A stretch of DNA of 64,000 bases. Source: an uncultured delta proteobacterium. Its GTDB lineage: Bacteria; Myxococcota_A; Polyangia; Polyangiales; Polyangiaceae. Position 1 is the stretch's first letter; every line of letters begins with the position of its first letter. The notes under the pieces are model-generated. The model was not told the origin of the DNA. It ran no database searches and worked only from the letters and a program-made list of their open reading frames with translations. The translations under genes and the position numbers were made by a program. Where the stretch lies: the NCBI GenBank assembly GCA_963809955.1, contig CAWELQ010000010.1:54667-118666 (forward strand), written 5' to 3'. This document shows, piece by piece, positions 29,034 to 38,449 of the stretch.

Positions 29034-30353
29034 ATGCCGAGCTCCAAGCCCCCTCGCCTCCCACTGACCGGGCCAGTTTTGAAAGCGAGCTTTTCGCTGG
29101 CCGTGGTGCTGGCGGCGAGCCCCGCCCGTGCCCAGTATTATCCCGAAGAGCCAGCGCCGGCCCCCGTGCCCTGGTACGACACCATGGACATGCGCTTGTT
29201 CGTCGACACCTACGCGTCGCTGAACTTCAACATGCCCAAGCCTCAGTCGGGGCAAAATGCCTTTCGCGCCTACGACACGGCCAACGGCTTCGCGCTTTCC
29301 TGGGTCGGCTTCGATGCCTCCTACGATCCCGATCCGGTCGGAGCGACCTTGAGCCTCCGGTTCGGTCCCACCGCCGAGGCCTATGCGGACTCGTGCCTGT
29401 CAGAGAACACCGGGCGCGCTCCCTGCGACAGCGACCTCGGGCTCCAGTACGTCAAGCAAGCGTTCGTGTCGTATCGCCCCGGGGGTCCGGGAAGCGGTCT
29501 CCGACTCGACCTCGGCAAGTTCGATACCATCTACGGCGCGGAGGTGGCCGAGTCCCAGGACAACTTCAACTACACACGCGGCCTCGTCTACTGGCTCGGG
29601 CAGCCGCTGTTTCACACGGGGCTTCGAGCCAACTGGGAAATTGCCGCGGGGCTCGAGCTGAACCTGCTGGCCGTCAACGGCATCAACAACAGCGTGGACA
29701 ACAACCTGGGCAAATCCTTCGGTGCTCAGCTCTTGGTCAGCCCCGTCCAGGAGCTCGAGCTGACGGTGGGCTGGCTCGGCGGACCCGAACAAGACGACAC
29801 GGCGAGCATCAGCTGCGACGCGGGAGAATCCTACGATCCCGACGTCGGACGCTGCGTGGACAATCCGACCAGCACCCAAGCCGAGGTCGAGTTGGTGGAC
29901 CGCGGCGGAGCGAACAAGCTCGATGCCTGGCGGCACTTGGTCGACATCGTGCTCAGCTATCAGCCGACCCCGGTGTTCGAGCTGCTCGTGAACGCCGACT
30001 ACGGAACCGAGGGTGTCCGCACCAGTCTGGAAGACGATCGCACCGAAACCGCCAAGTGGTACGGAGCCATGCTCGGGGCGCACCTGGAGCTCGATGAAAC
30101 CTGGAGCTTGGGCGCGCGCGCCGAGTACTACGCCGACCCGGACGGCCGCACCACGGGTATCGAGGACGCGGAGCTCATGAGCGGCACGCTCACACTGGGA
30201 GCCAATCTGTCGGAGTCCCTGCTGGTTCGACTCGAGGGGCGCGGTGATTTCGCTCTGGGCCCTGACCAGAGCGAGCCCTTCCAAAAGGGGGTGCGTGACA
30301 CAGCTCCCTCGCAATTTACCGCCACCCTCGGCATGGTAGCCTCGAGCTTCTGA
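29034..30353 (+). CDS. Predicted outer-membrane beta-barrel (porin-like) protein
   Basis: Signal ASFSLAVVLAASPARAQ; about 16-18 amphipathic strands with Y/W/F girdles; C-terminal ...GMVASSF; ATG 29034 preferred. Confidence 0.6.
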   Translation: MPSSKPPRLPLTGPVLKASFSLAVVLAASPARAQYYPEEPAPAPVPWYDTMDMRLFVDTYASLNFNMPKPQSGQNAFRAYDTANGFALSWVGFDASYDPDPVGATLSLRFGPTAEAYADSCLSENTGRAPCDSDLGLQYVKQAFVSYRPGGPGSGLRLDLGKFDTIYGAEVAESQDNFNYTRGLVYWLGQPLFHTGLRANWEIAAGLELNLLAVNGINNSVDNNLGKSFGAQLLVSPVQELELTVGWLGGPEQDDTASISCDAGESYDPDVGRCVDNPTSTQAEVELVDRGGANKLDAWRHLVDIVLSYQPTPVFELLVNADYGTEGVRTSLEDDRTETAKWYGAMLGAHLELDETWSLGARAEYYADPDGRTTGIEDAELMSGTLTLGANLSESLLVRLEGRGDFALGPDQSEPFQKGVRDTAPSQFTATLGMVASSF

Positions 30354-30991
30354 TGGCGAGCGCGGAAGAAGTTCTCGAGTACTGGTTCGGGCCCCTCTCG
30401 GAGCCGCACGACTTCAATCCGGATAGGTCCAAGCTCTGGTGGGTAGGAGGCCCGGACGTGGACGAGGAGATCCGCCAGCGATTCGGCCCCGACGTGCGCC
30501 GAGCGCGTGCGGGTCAGCTCGACACCTGGCTCGCCCAGCCGAGGAGCGCCCTCGGCCTGGTGATCCTGCTCGACCAGTTCACGCGCAACCTCGGGCGTGG
30601 TACTCCCGATGCCTTCGGCGGAGATCCCGCCGCCTTCGCGGCGAGCACCACGGCCATCGAGCGTGGCTTCGACCGTGAGCTGCGCCCCATCGAGCGCGCC
30701 TTCCTGTACATGCCCCTGATGCACGCCGAGGATCGGAGCGCGGCGCAGCGCTGTGTCGCAGCCTTCGAACGACTCTCCGAAGAAATCGGCGCCACCTGCC
30801 CGGAGGGCTATCCCGACTTCTTGCCTCACGCCAAACAGCACGCGAGCATCGTCGAGCGCTTTGGGCGCTATCCACACAGAAACGAAATCTTGGGGCGGGC
30901 CACCACGCCCGAGGAGGCACGCTTTCTGGACGAAGGCGGACCCAACTTCGGCCAACAGCGCAGTCCGACTGCGTCCAAGTCCACGGAGTAG
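30353..30991 (+). CDS. DUF924-family protein
   Basis: LDQFTRN and ERAFLYMPLMHAED blocks typical of DUF924; start overlaps the OMP stop (TGATG). Confidence 0.65.
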   Translation: MASAEEVLEYWFGPLSEPHDFNPDRSKLWWVGGPDVDEEIRQRFGPDVRRARAGQLDTWLAQPRSALGLVILLDQFTRNLGRGTPDAFGGDPAAFAASTTAIERGFDRELRPIERAFLYMPLMHAEDRSAAQRCVAAFERLSEEIGATCPEGYPDFLPHAKQHASIVERFGRYPHRNEILGRATTPEEARFLDEGGPNFGQQRSPTASKSTE

Positions 30992-31075
30992 CCCGGGACG
31001 TCACGAAAAGGCTCGGAGCCCGCACACCGAGGCGTGCGAGCTCTCGAGCAAAGCAAGTTCGGTTGCTCGTTCGCG

Positions 31076-32932
31076 TTACTCCGCGTCCGCGCCAGGCAGT
31101 GATTCGCCCGACCGCGCCACGGGGCGAGCCGCGTCCTCGACCCCGGAAACAGCCTCCGCCGCCGGCCTCGACTCCAGTTCGACGAATTCCTCGCCGCCGA
31201 GGCGCCGAGCCGCAGCGCTGGCCAGCTCGCCGATGTTGTCGCCCACTTGCGCGAGCGCGTCGCCCACTTTGCTGTTGGCCGTTTCCAGAAAGCCATTGGC
31301 CAGTGTGGCCGCGCTCTGCCCGCTGAGCAGACTACCCATGAGCCGTTCGACTTGCTCCGGTGTGCCGAACAGCTTGGCCTCCATCTTGGTGAACAAGCTG
31401 GCGGTGGCCTGAGCCGTCGCAATACGTACCGAGCGCGAAGCCTCGATTTCGAGCTTCTTGAGCTCGAAGTCCTGCGCGACCTTGCCGTGGCGCTCGCGCA
31501 CCTCGAGCTCCGGCCTGACCACGGTTTCGAGACGATCGCGTTCCACCTCGACGCGCGCACGCTCCACTTCCACCACAACCATGGCACTGGCTTTCTCGCC
31601 GAGAGCCCGCTGGCGCTCGGCCTCGGCCTCGGCCTCGGCTTGCTTGCGGATCGCCTCAGAAGCAGCATCCGCCGCCAGCTTCCTGGCTTCCGCCTCGCGT
31701 TGCGTCGCGTACGCATCGGCATCGGCTTTGCGCTGACAGGCGACGAACTGCTTTTCGGCTTGTGCCTCGGCTTCGATGACTTCACGCTTCTTGGCTCGCT
31801 GGGCTTCCTCGGTCACCCTGACCGATTCGACGCGCTGCCGAGCCGTCTCGCGCTCCGCCTCCGCATCCGCGAGCTCGCGCTCCGCGGCCGCCCGGAGCAT
31901 TTCGGCACGCGCCACGTTCTCTTGCTTCTGGCGTTCGGCCACTTCGGTGGCTTGTTCCTGCTGCCGTTGCGCGACATCGAGGGCTTGTTGCTTTTGCACT
32001 TCGGCGAGCTCCACGAGCCGCTTGGCTTCGATGGCCTTGACCTGGGCTTCGCGCGTCGTCTCCGCTTCGATCTTGGCGATCTCGGCGGCCTGCTTCGCCT
32101 CCGCTTCACGTTCGGCGCGGCTCAACTCCAGAACCTTCTGGCGCGTGGCCACGTCCTGGCTCTTGCGTGATTGTTCGCCAGCGCGCAACAGGCGATTCCT
32201 TTCCGTCAAGTTCTCCTGGGTTATTTCGGCGATCTTCCTGCGCCCTTGAGCATCGAAAATGTTCTCTTCCTTCAGGTACTGCTCGTCCGTCTGGTCCAGT
32301 CGAGAAATGGTCGCCGTTTCGAGAATCAGGCCGTTCGAGCGCAGGTCCTCGCCCACGAGCTTGGTCACTTCGGCCAAGAACTCGTCCCGTTCCGAGTTCA
32401 GCTGTTCGAGAGTCTTGCCGGCCGCCGCCGTCCTGAGAGCACTCACCAGCTTGTCCTCCACCAAGGCCTTGACCTCCATCGGGTCGCACATCTTCTCACC
32501 GAGAGATCGTGACGCCTGCAGAATGCTCTCTTGGTCGGGCTGCACGCGCACGAAGAACTCGGCGCGAATGTCCGCTCTCAGCTTGTCCTGAGTGATCAGC
32601 GCGTCCTCCTGCTCACGACTCACTTCGAGCTTGAGGGTCTTCAGGCTGACCGCCACGAGCTCGTGCAACACCGGGATGACGATGGCGCCGCCATCGCGAA
32701 TCACCCGGACGCCACCGCTCCCCGTTCTGACGAAGGCTTCGGACGCCTTCGTCTTGCGGTAGAGACGCGTGAATATCAGCGCGATGCCCGAAAGCAATGT
32801 CAACACCAGACCGCCAACGATGGCGATGGCGCTCGCGGACCCGCTCAGCTGGTAACCACCGAGAGGCGCCACTAGCGGAGCCGCCATCAAGCCCATTCCG
32901 AATAGTAGAAGCAAAAAGATTGTCATGACCAC
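31076..32932 (-). CDS. Flotillin-like SPFH/band-7 protein (YqiK-like)
   Basis: N-terminal TM, SPFH domain, then about 300 aa of EA-rich coiled coil (AEIAKIEAETTREAQVKAIEAKRLVELAEVQKQQALDVAQRQQEQ...); 618 aa. Confidence 0.88.
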   Translation of the reverse strand: MVMTIFLLLLFGMGLMAAPLVAPLGGYQLSGSASAIAIVGGLVLTLLSGIALIFTRLYRKTKASEAFVRTGSGGVRVIRDGGAIVIPVLHELVAVSLKTLKLEVSREQEDALITQDKLRADIRAEFFVRVQPDQESILQASRSLGEKMCDPMEVKALVEDKLVSALRTAAAGKTLEQLNSERDEFLAEVTKLVGEDLRSNGLILETATISRLDQTDEQYLKEENIFDAQGRRKIAEITQENLTERNRLLRAGEQSRKSQDVATRQKVLELSRAEREAEAKQAAEIAKIEAETTREAQVKAIEAKRLVELAEVQKQQALDVAQRQQEQATEVAERQKQENVARAEMLRAAAERELADAEAERETARQRVESVRVTEEAQRAKKREVIEAEAQAEKQFVACQRKADADAYATQREAEARKLAADAASEAIRKQAEAEAEAERQRALGEKASAMVVVEVERARVEVERDRLETVVRPELEVRERHGKVAQDFELKKLEIEASRSVRIATAQATASLFTKMEAKLFGTPEQVERLMGSLLSGQSAATLANGFLETANSKVGDALAQVGDNIGELASAAARRLGGEEFVELESRPAAEAVSGVEDAARPVARSGESLPGADAE

Positions 32933-32998
32933 ACTCCTTGTCTGTGTTTATGGTTTGGCTATTCAAGTCCTGAGCCGCCGCGACATCGCTCGGCTCCC

Positions 32999-33709
32999 TC
33001 AGCCGCTCGAACCACCGCACGGTTCGTCGAAGGGGCTCGGCTCGACCAGATAGATCCCGCGTGCCGGATCGAAGTCGACGAGCAGCACCTGCTCCCCCTT
33101 GGCGATGGGCATTCCCGAGCTGATGGCTCGCACCTTCAACAGCGCCTTGTCCCGAGAAGCGACGTTGACGACGCCGAAGTCTCGCGACACCTCGAGCTCC
33201 ACTCGCCCGAGCTCCCCCAAGAGCTCGCTCGCGGGCATGGCATAGGTCTCGGTGGCAGGGAGGACGCGAGAGAGCTGGGCCGTCAACAGGGAGGTCAGTA
33301 GCAACGCCGTGATCAGTGAGACGATCGCGACCGCACAGGTGCCGATCCATCCCGTGCCCAACCACGAACCGAGCAGGAACAGGGTTGCCAGCCCGAAACC
33401 ACCGAAGAGCATGCTGAAGCTCATCAGCACGATCGCAAGCGGCACACGCCCCACGCCGAAGATACCGGGCCAGCTCGAGCTCCCAGGTCCGGCCCCCGTC
33501 TGGGCATCGTCTGGCGCGCCCTCTGTGAGTCCGGCGTCCGCTTCGACGTCGGGCTCTGCGTCCACATCCGGAGCCGTATTCGCGTCCGCGTCGAGATCGA
33601 GGTCGAGGTCCGCGCTCACCACGCCGACAGCCGCGCCCAGCACCAAGAGGAGCCCGAACAGAAGCGGAACTCCGAACAACAGATACTGCCAGCCTATTTG
33701 TGTGTGCAT
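32999..33709 (-). CDS. NfeD/YqiJ-like membrane protein (flotillin partner)
   Basis: Several TM helices; acidic DLDLDLDADANTAPDVDAEPDVEAD loop; C-terminal beta OB-like tail (GEQVLLVDFDPARGIYLVEP); immediately upstream of the flotillin gene on the same strand. Confidence 0.65.
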   Translation of the reverse strand: MHTQIGWQYLLFGVPLLFGLLLVLGAAVGVVSADLDLDLDADANTAPDVDAEPDVEADAGLTEGAPDDAQTGAGPGSSSWPGIFGVGRVPLAIVLMSFSMLFGGFGLATLFLLGSWLGTGWIGTCAVAIVSLITALLLTSLLTAQLSRVLPATETYAMPASELLGELGRVELEVSRDFGVVNVASRDKALLKVRAISSGMPIAKGEQVLLVDFDPARGIYLVEPSPFDEPCGGSSG

Positions 33710-33820
33710 CGTTATCCTCCGCGAACCGGCCTCGCAGGTGCTGGAGGTGCTTGGAGCTAGAAACGTGCCTGCGCGCAGTCGGGCCTCTTCTCGCGGGAAA
33801 CCGGCGATGGGCATGCCAGA

Positions 33821-35176
33821 ATGTCGTATTTTGCATTGCAAATTCCTGCGTTTGTTGTATTTTGCGACATGGATTGGGAGACCGCCGTCACTCAAGGGCT
33901 CGGGAGCCCAGAGTTGGATCCGGACGGGTTCGCGCGAGCAGCGCGCTGGTTCGAAGCGCCCCAGGTTCGGGAAAGAGCCCTTGAGCTGTCTGCGGCCGGA
34001 CAGGTGGCGGAGGTCGAGCGGCTGCTCCTCGCTTTCGGCCACCTCCAGGCAACGCAGACCCCAAAGACCCCGGAACGCGTCCTCGATGCCCACTGTTTCG
34101 GCGAACGCTTCTGGAAGGTGCTGGGGATGCCTCGAGCTCGTCTAGTCCGAGTTTGTACGGCGGCGGCGCGCTGCTCGCATGCGCTGACGGCGCTCCAGGG
34201 CTCTTCCCTGGCCCTCAGCGCAGTGCGGCGCAAGGTGTGGGCGGTCTGCTTCGGGCAGAGCCTGTTTCACGCCCTGCATCTCGAACAGGTGATCCGGGAC
34301 CACGATGTGCTCATTCTGGGAGAAACCGGCACCGGCAAGGAGTTGGTGGCGCGAGCCATCCAGGCTGGCACGCTCGGTGGCTCGGATGGGAGCGCCGCGC
34401 CGGCAGGCGCAATCAACGCCGCAGCAGTGCCAGAGACGCTGATCGAGTCCGAGCTCTTCGGACACGTCAAAGGTGCGTTCACCGGCGCCATCGAAACGCG
34501 CACGGGCAGGCTGCGCAACGCACACCGCGGCAGCTTCTTCCTCGACGAAGTCGGCGACCTCAACGCCACCACTCAGGTGGCCTTGCTCCGTGTGATTGAA
34601 ACCGACGAAATCGGGCCTCTCGGGTCGGACAAGACGCACCGTGCAGACATTCGCTACGTTGCAGCCACTCATGAGGACCTGGCAGGGCTGGTCGAGGCAG
34701 GCAAATTCCGCCAGGATCTGTTTCAGCGCCTGGCCGGCAACGTGATCACGGTGCCGCCGCTCCGGGAGCGCCCCGAGGATGTAATCGCGATCGGGGAGGC
34801 CTTCGTGCAGCGCAATGTGCCCGTGGGCAGCGGCGCCCTGGACCTCGCGCGCATCCGGAGCTGGCTCCTGGAGAGCGCCCAATCGGTGCGCGCCTGGGTT
34901 GGAAATGTACGTGAGCTACAAAACGATCTGCGCGACCTCATGCTCGGACTCACTCCGCGTGTCGCGGGCGCGGGGCCTTTGGGCCCCCCTCCCACGCCGG
35001 CGACACGAGCGGTCCCGCCCGAGATAGGAGCCGGCGCAGCCAGCCTGGACCAGGTCCAGCGCTGGTATCTCGAGCATGTGCTCTCGCTCAACGACGGCAG
35101 CATTTCCGCGGCCGCTCGCACGCTTGGCGTGGACCGGACCACGGTATACCGCTGGCTCAAGCAGGAAGCCTCTTGA
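33821..35176 (+). CDS. Sigma-54-dependent transcriptional activator (enhancer-binding protein; N-terminal domain of unknown type, no obvious receiver)
   Basis: AAA+ core GETGTGKE, GAFTGA, ESELFGH, GSFFLDEVGDL; C-terminal Fis-type HTH AARTLGVDRTTVYRWLK. Confidence 0.85.
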   Translation: MSYFALQIPAFVVFCDMDWETAVTQGLGSPELDPDGFARAARWFEAPQVRERALELSAAGQVAEVERLLLAFGHLQATQTPKTPERVLDAHCFGERFWKVLGMPRARLVRVCTAAARCSHALTALQGSSLALSAVRRKVWAVCFGQSLFHALHLEQVIRDHDVLILGETGTGKELVARAIQAGTLGGSDGSAAPAGAINAAAVPETLIESELFGHVKGAFTGAIETRTGRLRNAHRGSFFLDEVGDLNATTQVALLRVIETDEIGPLGSDKTHRADIRYVAATHEDLAGLVEAGKFRQDLFQRLAGNVITVPPLRERPEDVIAIGEAFVQRNVPVGSGALDLARIRSWLLESAQSVRAWVGNVRELQNDLRDLMLGLTPRVAGAGPLGPPPTPATRAVPPEIGAGAASLDQVQRWYLEHVLSLNDGSISAAARTLGVDRTTVYRWLKQEAS

Positions 35177-35198
35177 GCCTCTGAGCGACGTATTGTTC

Positions 35199-38090
35199 TT
35201 AGAGCAGCTTCTTCAACGCGAGCGCCTCGGGGTGCCCCTTGGCCTGGCGCTGCATCAGGGTGACGAAATCCTTCGCGCGCTTGTCGTGGGCAACCGCGAA
35301 GGCTCGCGCAGCCAGGAGCCGCAGCAAGAGGGGCGTGCCTTCCGGGGGAAATTCGAGCGCCGACGCGCTCGCCGTGGCTTGCTTGTCGCGGCCCTGAGCG
35401 GCGTCGATCAGGATGCCTAGCCAGTTCTTCGCGGAGCCCAAGAGCGCAGGATACTTCGCAACCAGCTCCCGCGCCTGCCTGGGCTGCTCGTTGTCGAGCA
35501 AGACCAGCACGCGCTCCACCACCGCCGGGAACGTGGGGGTCGACAGCGCCTGCTCCGAGTACTTGAGCGCCGCGTCGAGCTTTCCCTGGTAGCGCGCCAG
35601 GCGCGACAAGCGCAGGCTGTAGACCGGGCGCAGCGTGTCCGTAGGCCAGCTCTGCACCAGGCGTTGAGCGAGCTCGAGGTTGCCTTGAGCGAGCGCCGCG
35701 TCCACCGCGACGACCTGACCCCAGGGTACCTGCGGGTGCGCCACCCGCGAGAGCACCTCTTCGTCGGGATAGGCAACGCCGTTCAGCAGCTGAGGCGTTG
35801 CGCTCAGCGCCTCCAGCTCGGGTCGGTCTTTGTTGTCGCCGAAGGCTTCGACGGCGGCGTCGAGTGCACTACCGTCGAGGGTTTCGTAGGCGACCACCGC
35901 CCGAACGATGGCGACGTCCTTCGAGTCCGGGTCGAGTTGTTCGATGGCCTTCTGAGCTTCCTCCAGACGACCGCCCAACAGGGCCACGCGCGCTGCCAGC
36001 ACTCGAGCCCCAGGGTACACGGCGGAAAAGCCGAGCGCGCGGAGCGCCGCCTTGCGCGCTAGCTTCTCGTCACCGGCCTGGATGGCCAAGAACCCCAAGC
36101 GTGTAGCCATGGCTGGACTGAGGCTGCGCTCCACGCCGGCACTGATGGCGCGCGAGGCTTCCTTGTAGTCCGCGGCCTCAATCGCCTGCAGGGCTTCGAC
36201 GGCATAGACTACCGGTCGCAGCGGCACGGAGAGTGACCCTTCGGCAGCCTTGTCGATCTTGGCGGCTGCGGGCACCTCCTTCGGCCGGTCGGGGTCGACC
36301 GCCCAGTGCAGGGCTTCGAGCGCCTGAACCGAGGCCGCATCGCCCCCCTTCTTCTTGAGCGCTTCGATGATGCTCTGGCCCTTTTCCGGGGCGAGTTCGA
36401 GCAGGGCAAGGCGTGCCAGCAACATATCCGCGACCAAGAGCTTCTCGTCGAGGGCGCGCGCCGCCTCGTACCTCTCGATAGCGCGCAGATCCCCTGCGCG
36501 CTCGAGCACGGCGCCAGCCGCCAGCTGGTAGTACGGATCCTTGCCGGCGCGCTTGTCCCACTTGGGCAGGAGCGCAGCGGCACCCGCCACATCTCCCTCG
36601 GCGAGGAAGCCCGCTACCTTGCCGAACGCGTAGTCCGCTTCGTCCATTCCGACTCGTTTGGCTCGATGCGTGGCCGAATCGAGGCCCCGCGACTCGCCGG
36701 GCGCCAGCAAGGTGTGGAGCATTCGGTTTTCGAGCCACAGGCGGGCCGCCTGCTGGCTGAGCGAGTCGAGCTCGAACGACTGCCTGAGCTTGTCATCCGT
36801 CGAGCGGACATTGTCGAGAGTGCCCGAAAGTAGAAGCCCTGCCACTTCCCGGTTCAGCGCATCGGCGTGCGCCAAGCGCTCGGCCTTCACCTGCGCCGCG
36901 TAGTAGTACCCGGCACCGCCGCCAGCGGCGACCAACACAGTGGCCAGAATCAGCACCCAGGAGCCTCGAGTCCTGCGTTTGGGAGCCTGCTCCCATGCGG
37001 GAGTGACGGCTCCCTGCGGCTCGAAGAGCCCGACCCGCGCCAGATGTTCGAGCACGAGGGCAGCCTCGGGGACCCTCCGATCGGACTCCCCCCGGCCGTG
37101 ATCGACCGAGCCCCGAGTGGCGGGGTCTTCGCTCAGACCGGGAATCGAGCTGGGGTAGAACGCATTGCCCGGCACAGTCGGAGGCTCGATGATCCACTCC
37201 GCCTGCGAATGGTCGAAACTGGGTAGGGGACCGCTCTCGAGCTGCTCACGCGGCGGCGACGACGACTCGATGCGCGGCTGGGTCGTCTCATCGGTCACCG
37301 AGGCCCCAGCCGCGGTCACCGCTGGCGAGGCCTCGGGCTCCACCTCGAGCTCTTCGATCTCATCGGTGTAGAGCTCCTGGCGAGGGGACGGTTCCTGCTG
37401 GCGCCGCGCTACCGCGGCAACCCCGCCGCCGAGCGGCGGGGGCGGCAAGCCTGGGTCGCGCTGACGCACGAGCTTGGGCGCAGGCGGCACGGCACCCAAC
37501 GGCGCGAGGGGGCGGCGTACCCTGGGCGTCGCGGCGCTCGGAGGAGGCCGCGGGCTGAGCGACTGGGGCGCGTCTTCTTGCACGGAAAGCTCGTCCAAGT
37601 CGAAAGGAGCCTGGGGAGGCAACGAGGGTCGAAGTGGCTCGTTCTTCTCCACTTCGCGCGCGACGGCCTCGGTGCCGACGCGCTTCTGGAGCGCACAATA
37701 GACCAAAGCCCGGTCCTGCCAGCGATCGAGGCCTGCATCGACGACCCCGAGCTGTCTGGCCCGTTCGAACACCTTCAGCGCGCGTGCCGCGTCGCCGCGC
37801 CGAAGCAAAACCTCGCCCAAAAACCTGAAAGGCTGACCGTTGTTGGCATTCGCCTTGCCCGCTTGCACCAGCGCCGCCTGAGCCTCCGGGAACATAGCCA
37901 CGTCGAGGTACATGCGACCGACAGCCAACATCACCTCACCGTCGCCCGAGTAGCGCTGCTGCGCGGCGCTGCCGACCTCGTGGATCAGATCTTTGCGTTG
38001 CGAGACTCCGAGATGGGAGCACAGGGCGATGGTGGCGCCAGCTTCGGGCCTTTTGCGCCAGCGGTTGAGAAGCTCGTCGAGCGCGCTCAT
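35199..38090 (-). CDS. Large single-pass membrane TPR-repeat protein (963 aa)
   Basis: N-terminal about 120-aa helical module; Pro-rich linker; TM SWVLILATVLVAAGGGAGYYYAA; about 580 aa of TPR-like helical repeats. Confidence 0.7.
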   Translation of the reverse strand: MSALDELLNRWRKRPEAGATIALCSHLGVSQRKDLIHEVGSAAQQRYSGDGEVMLAVGRMYLDVAMFPEAQAALVQAGKANANNGQPFRFLGEVLLRRGDAARALKVFERARQLGVVDAGLDRWQDRALVYCALQKRVGTEAVAREVEKNEPLRPSLPPQAPFDLDELSVQEDAPQSLSPRPPPSAATPRVRRPLAPLGAVPPAPKLVRQRDPGLPPPPLGGGVAAVARRQQEPSPRQELYTDEIEELEVEPEASPAVTAAGASVTDETTQPRIESSSPPREQLESGPLPSFDHSQAEWIIEPPTVPGNAFYPSSIPGLSEDPATRGSVDHGRGESDRRVPEAALVLEHLARVGLFEPQGAVTPAWEQAPKRRTRGSWVLILATVLVAAGGGAGYYYAAQVKAERLAHADALNREVAGLLLSGTLDNVRSTDDKLRQSFELDSLSQQAARLWLENRMLHTLLAPGESRGLDSATHRAKRVGMDEADYAFGKVAGFLAEGDVAGAAALLPKWDKRAGKDPYYQLAAGAVLERAGDLRAIERYEAARALDEKLLVADMLLARLALLELAPEKGQSIIEALKKKGGDAASVQALEALHWAVDPDRPKEVPAAAKIDKAAEGSLSVPLRPVVYAVEALQAIEAADYKEASRAISAGVERSLSPAMATRLGFLAIQAGDEKLARKAALRALGFSAVYPGARVLAARVALLGGRLEEAQKAIEQLDPDSKDVAIVRAVVAYETLDGSALDAAVEAFGDNKDRPELEALSATPQLLNGVAYPDEEVLSRVAHPQVPWGQVVAVDAALAQGNLELAQRLVQSWPTDTLRPVYSLRLSRLARYQGKLDAALKYSEQALSTPTFPAVVERVLVLLDNEQPRQARELVAKYPALLGSAKNWLGILIDAAQGRDKQATASASALEFPPEGTPLLLRLLAARAFAVAHDKRAKDFVTLMQRQAKGHPEALALKKLL

Positions 38091-38449
38091 TCAGCAATCC
38101 AAAGAATACCCGACTGAGTACGGAAAGCTGCAAACGTCATTTAAGAAATTCGATGTAGTATGCTTCGGCTGAGCGTCGCCAGATAGGCTGCCTGCGTCAG
38201 CGACGAACCGGAGCAAGGACGCGGCACCGGCACCAGGGAACGGCAATCCTCGGCCGATCGCAGCCATGGTCACTCAACGTCGGGCGAGCTACGTCGGCTT
38301 CAGTGCCAGCGCAAAAGCGGTAACACCTCCACGCACCTTTTTTCCGGCCTGCGCGCCAGTGGCCCTCGGGGCTGGCGTCCAACACGGATCCGGACCACAT
38401 TCCGGCCGCGAGCGCCCATCCACCCCATCGCCAAAAAAGCAGATCCCAA

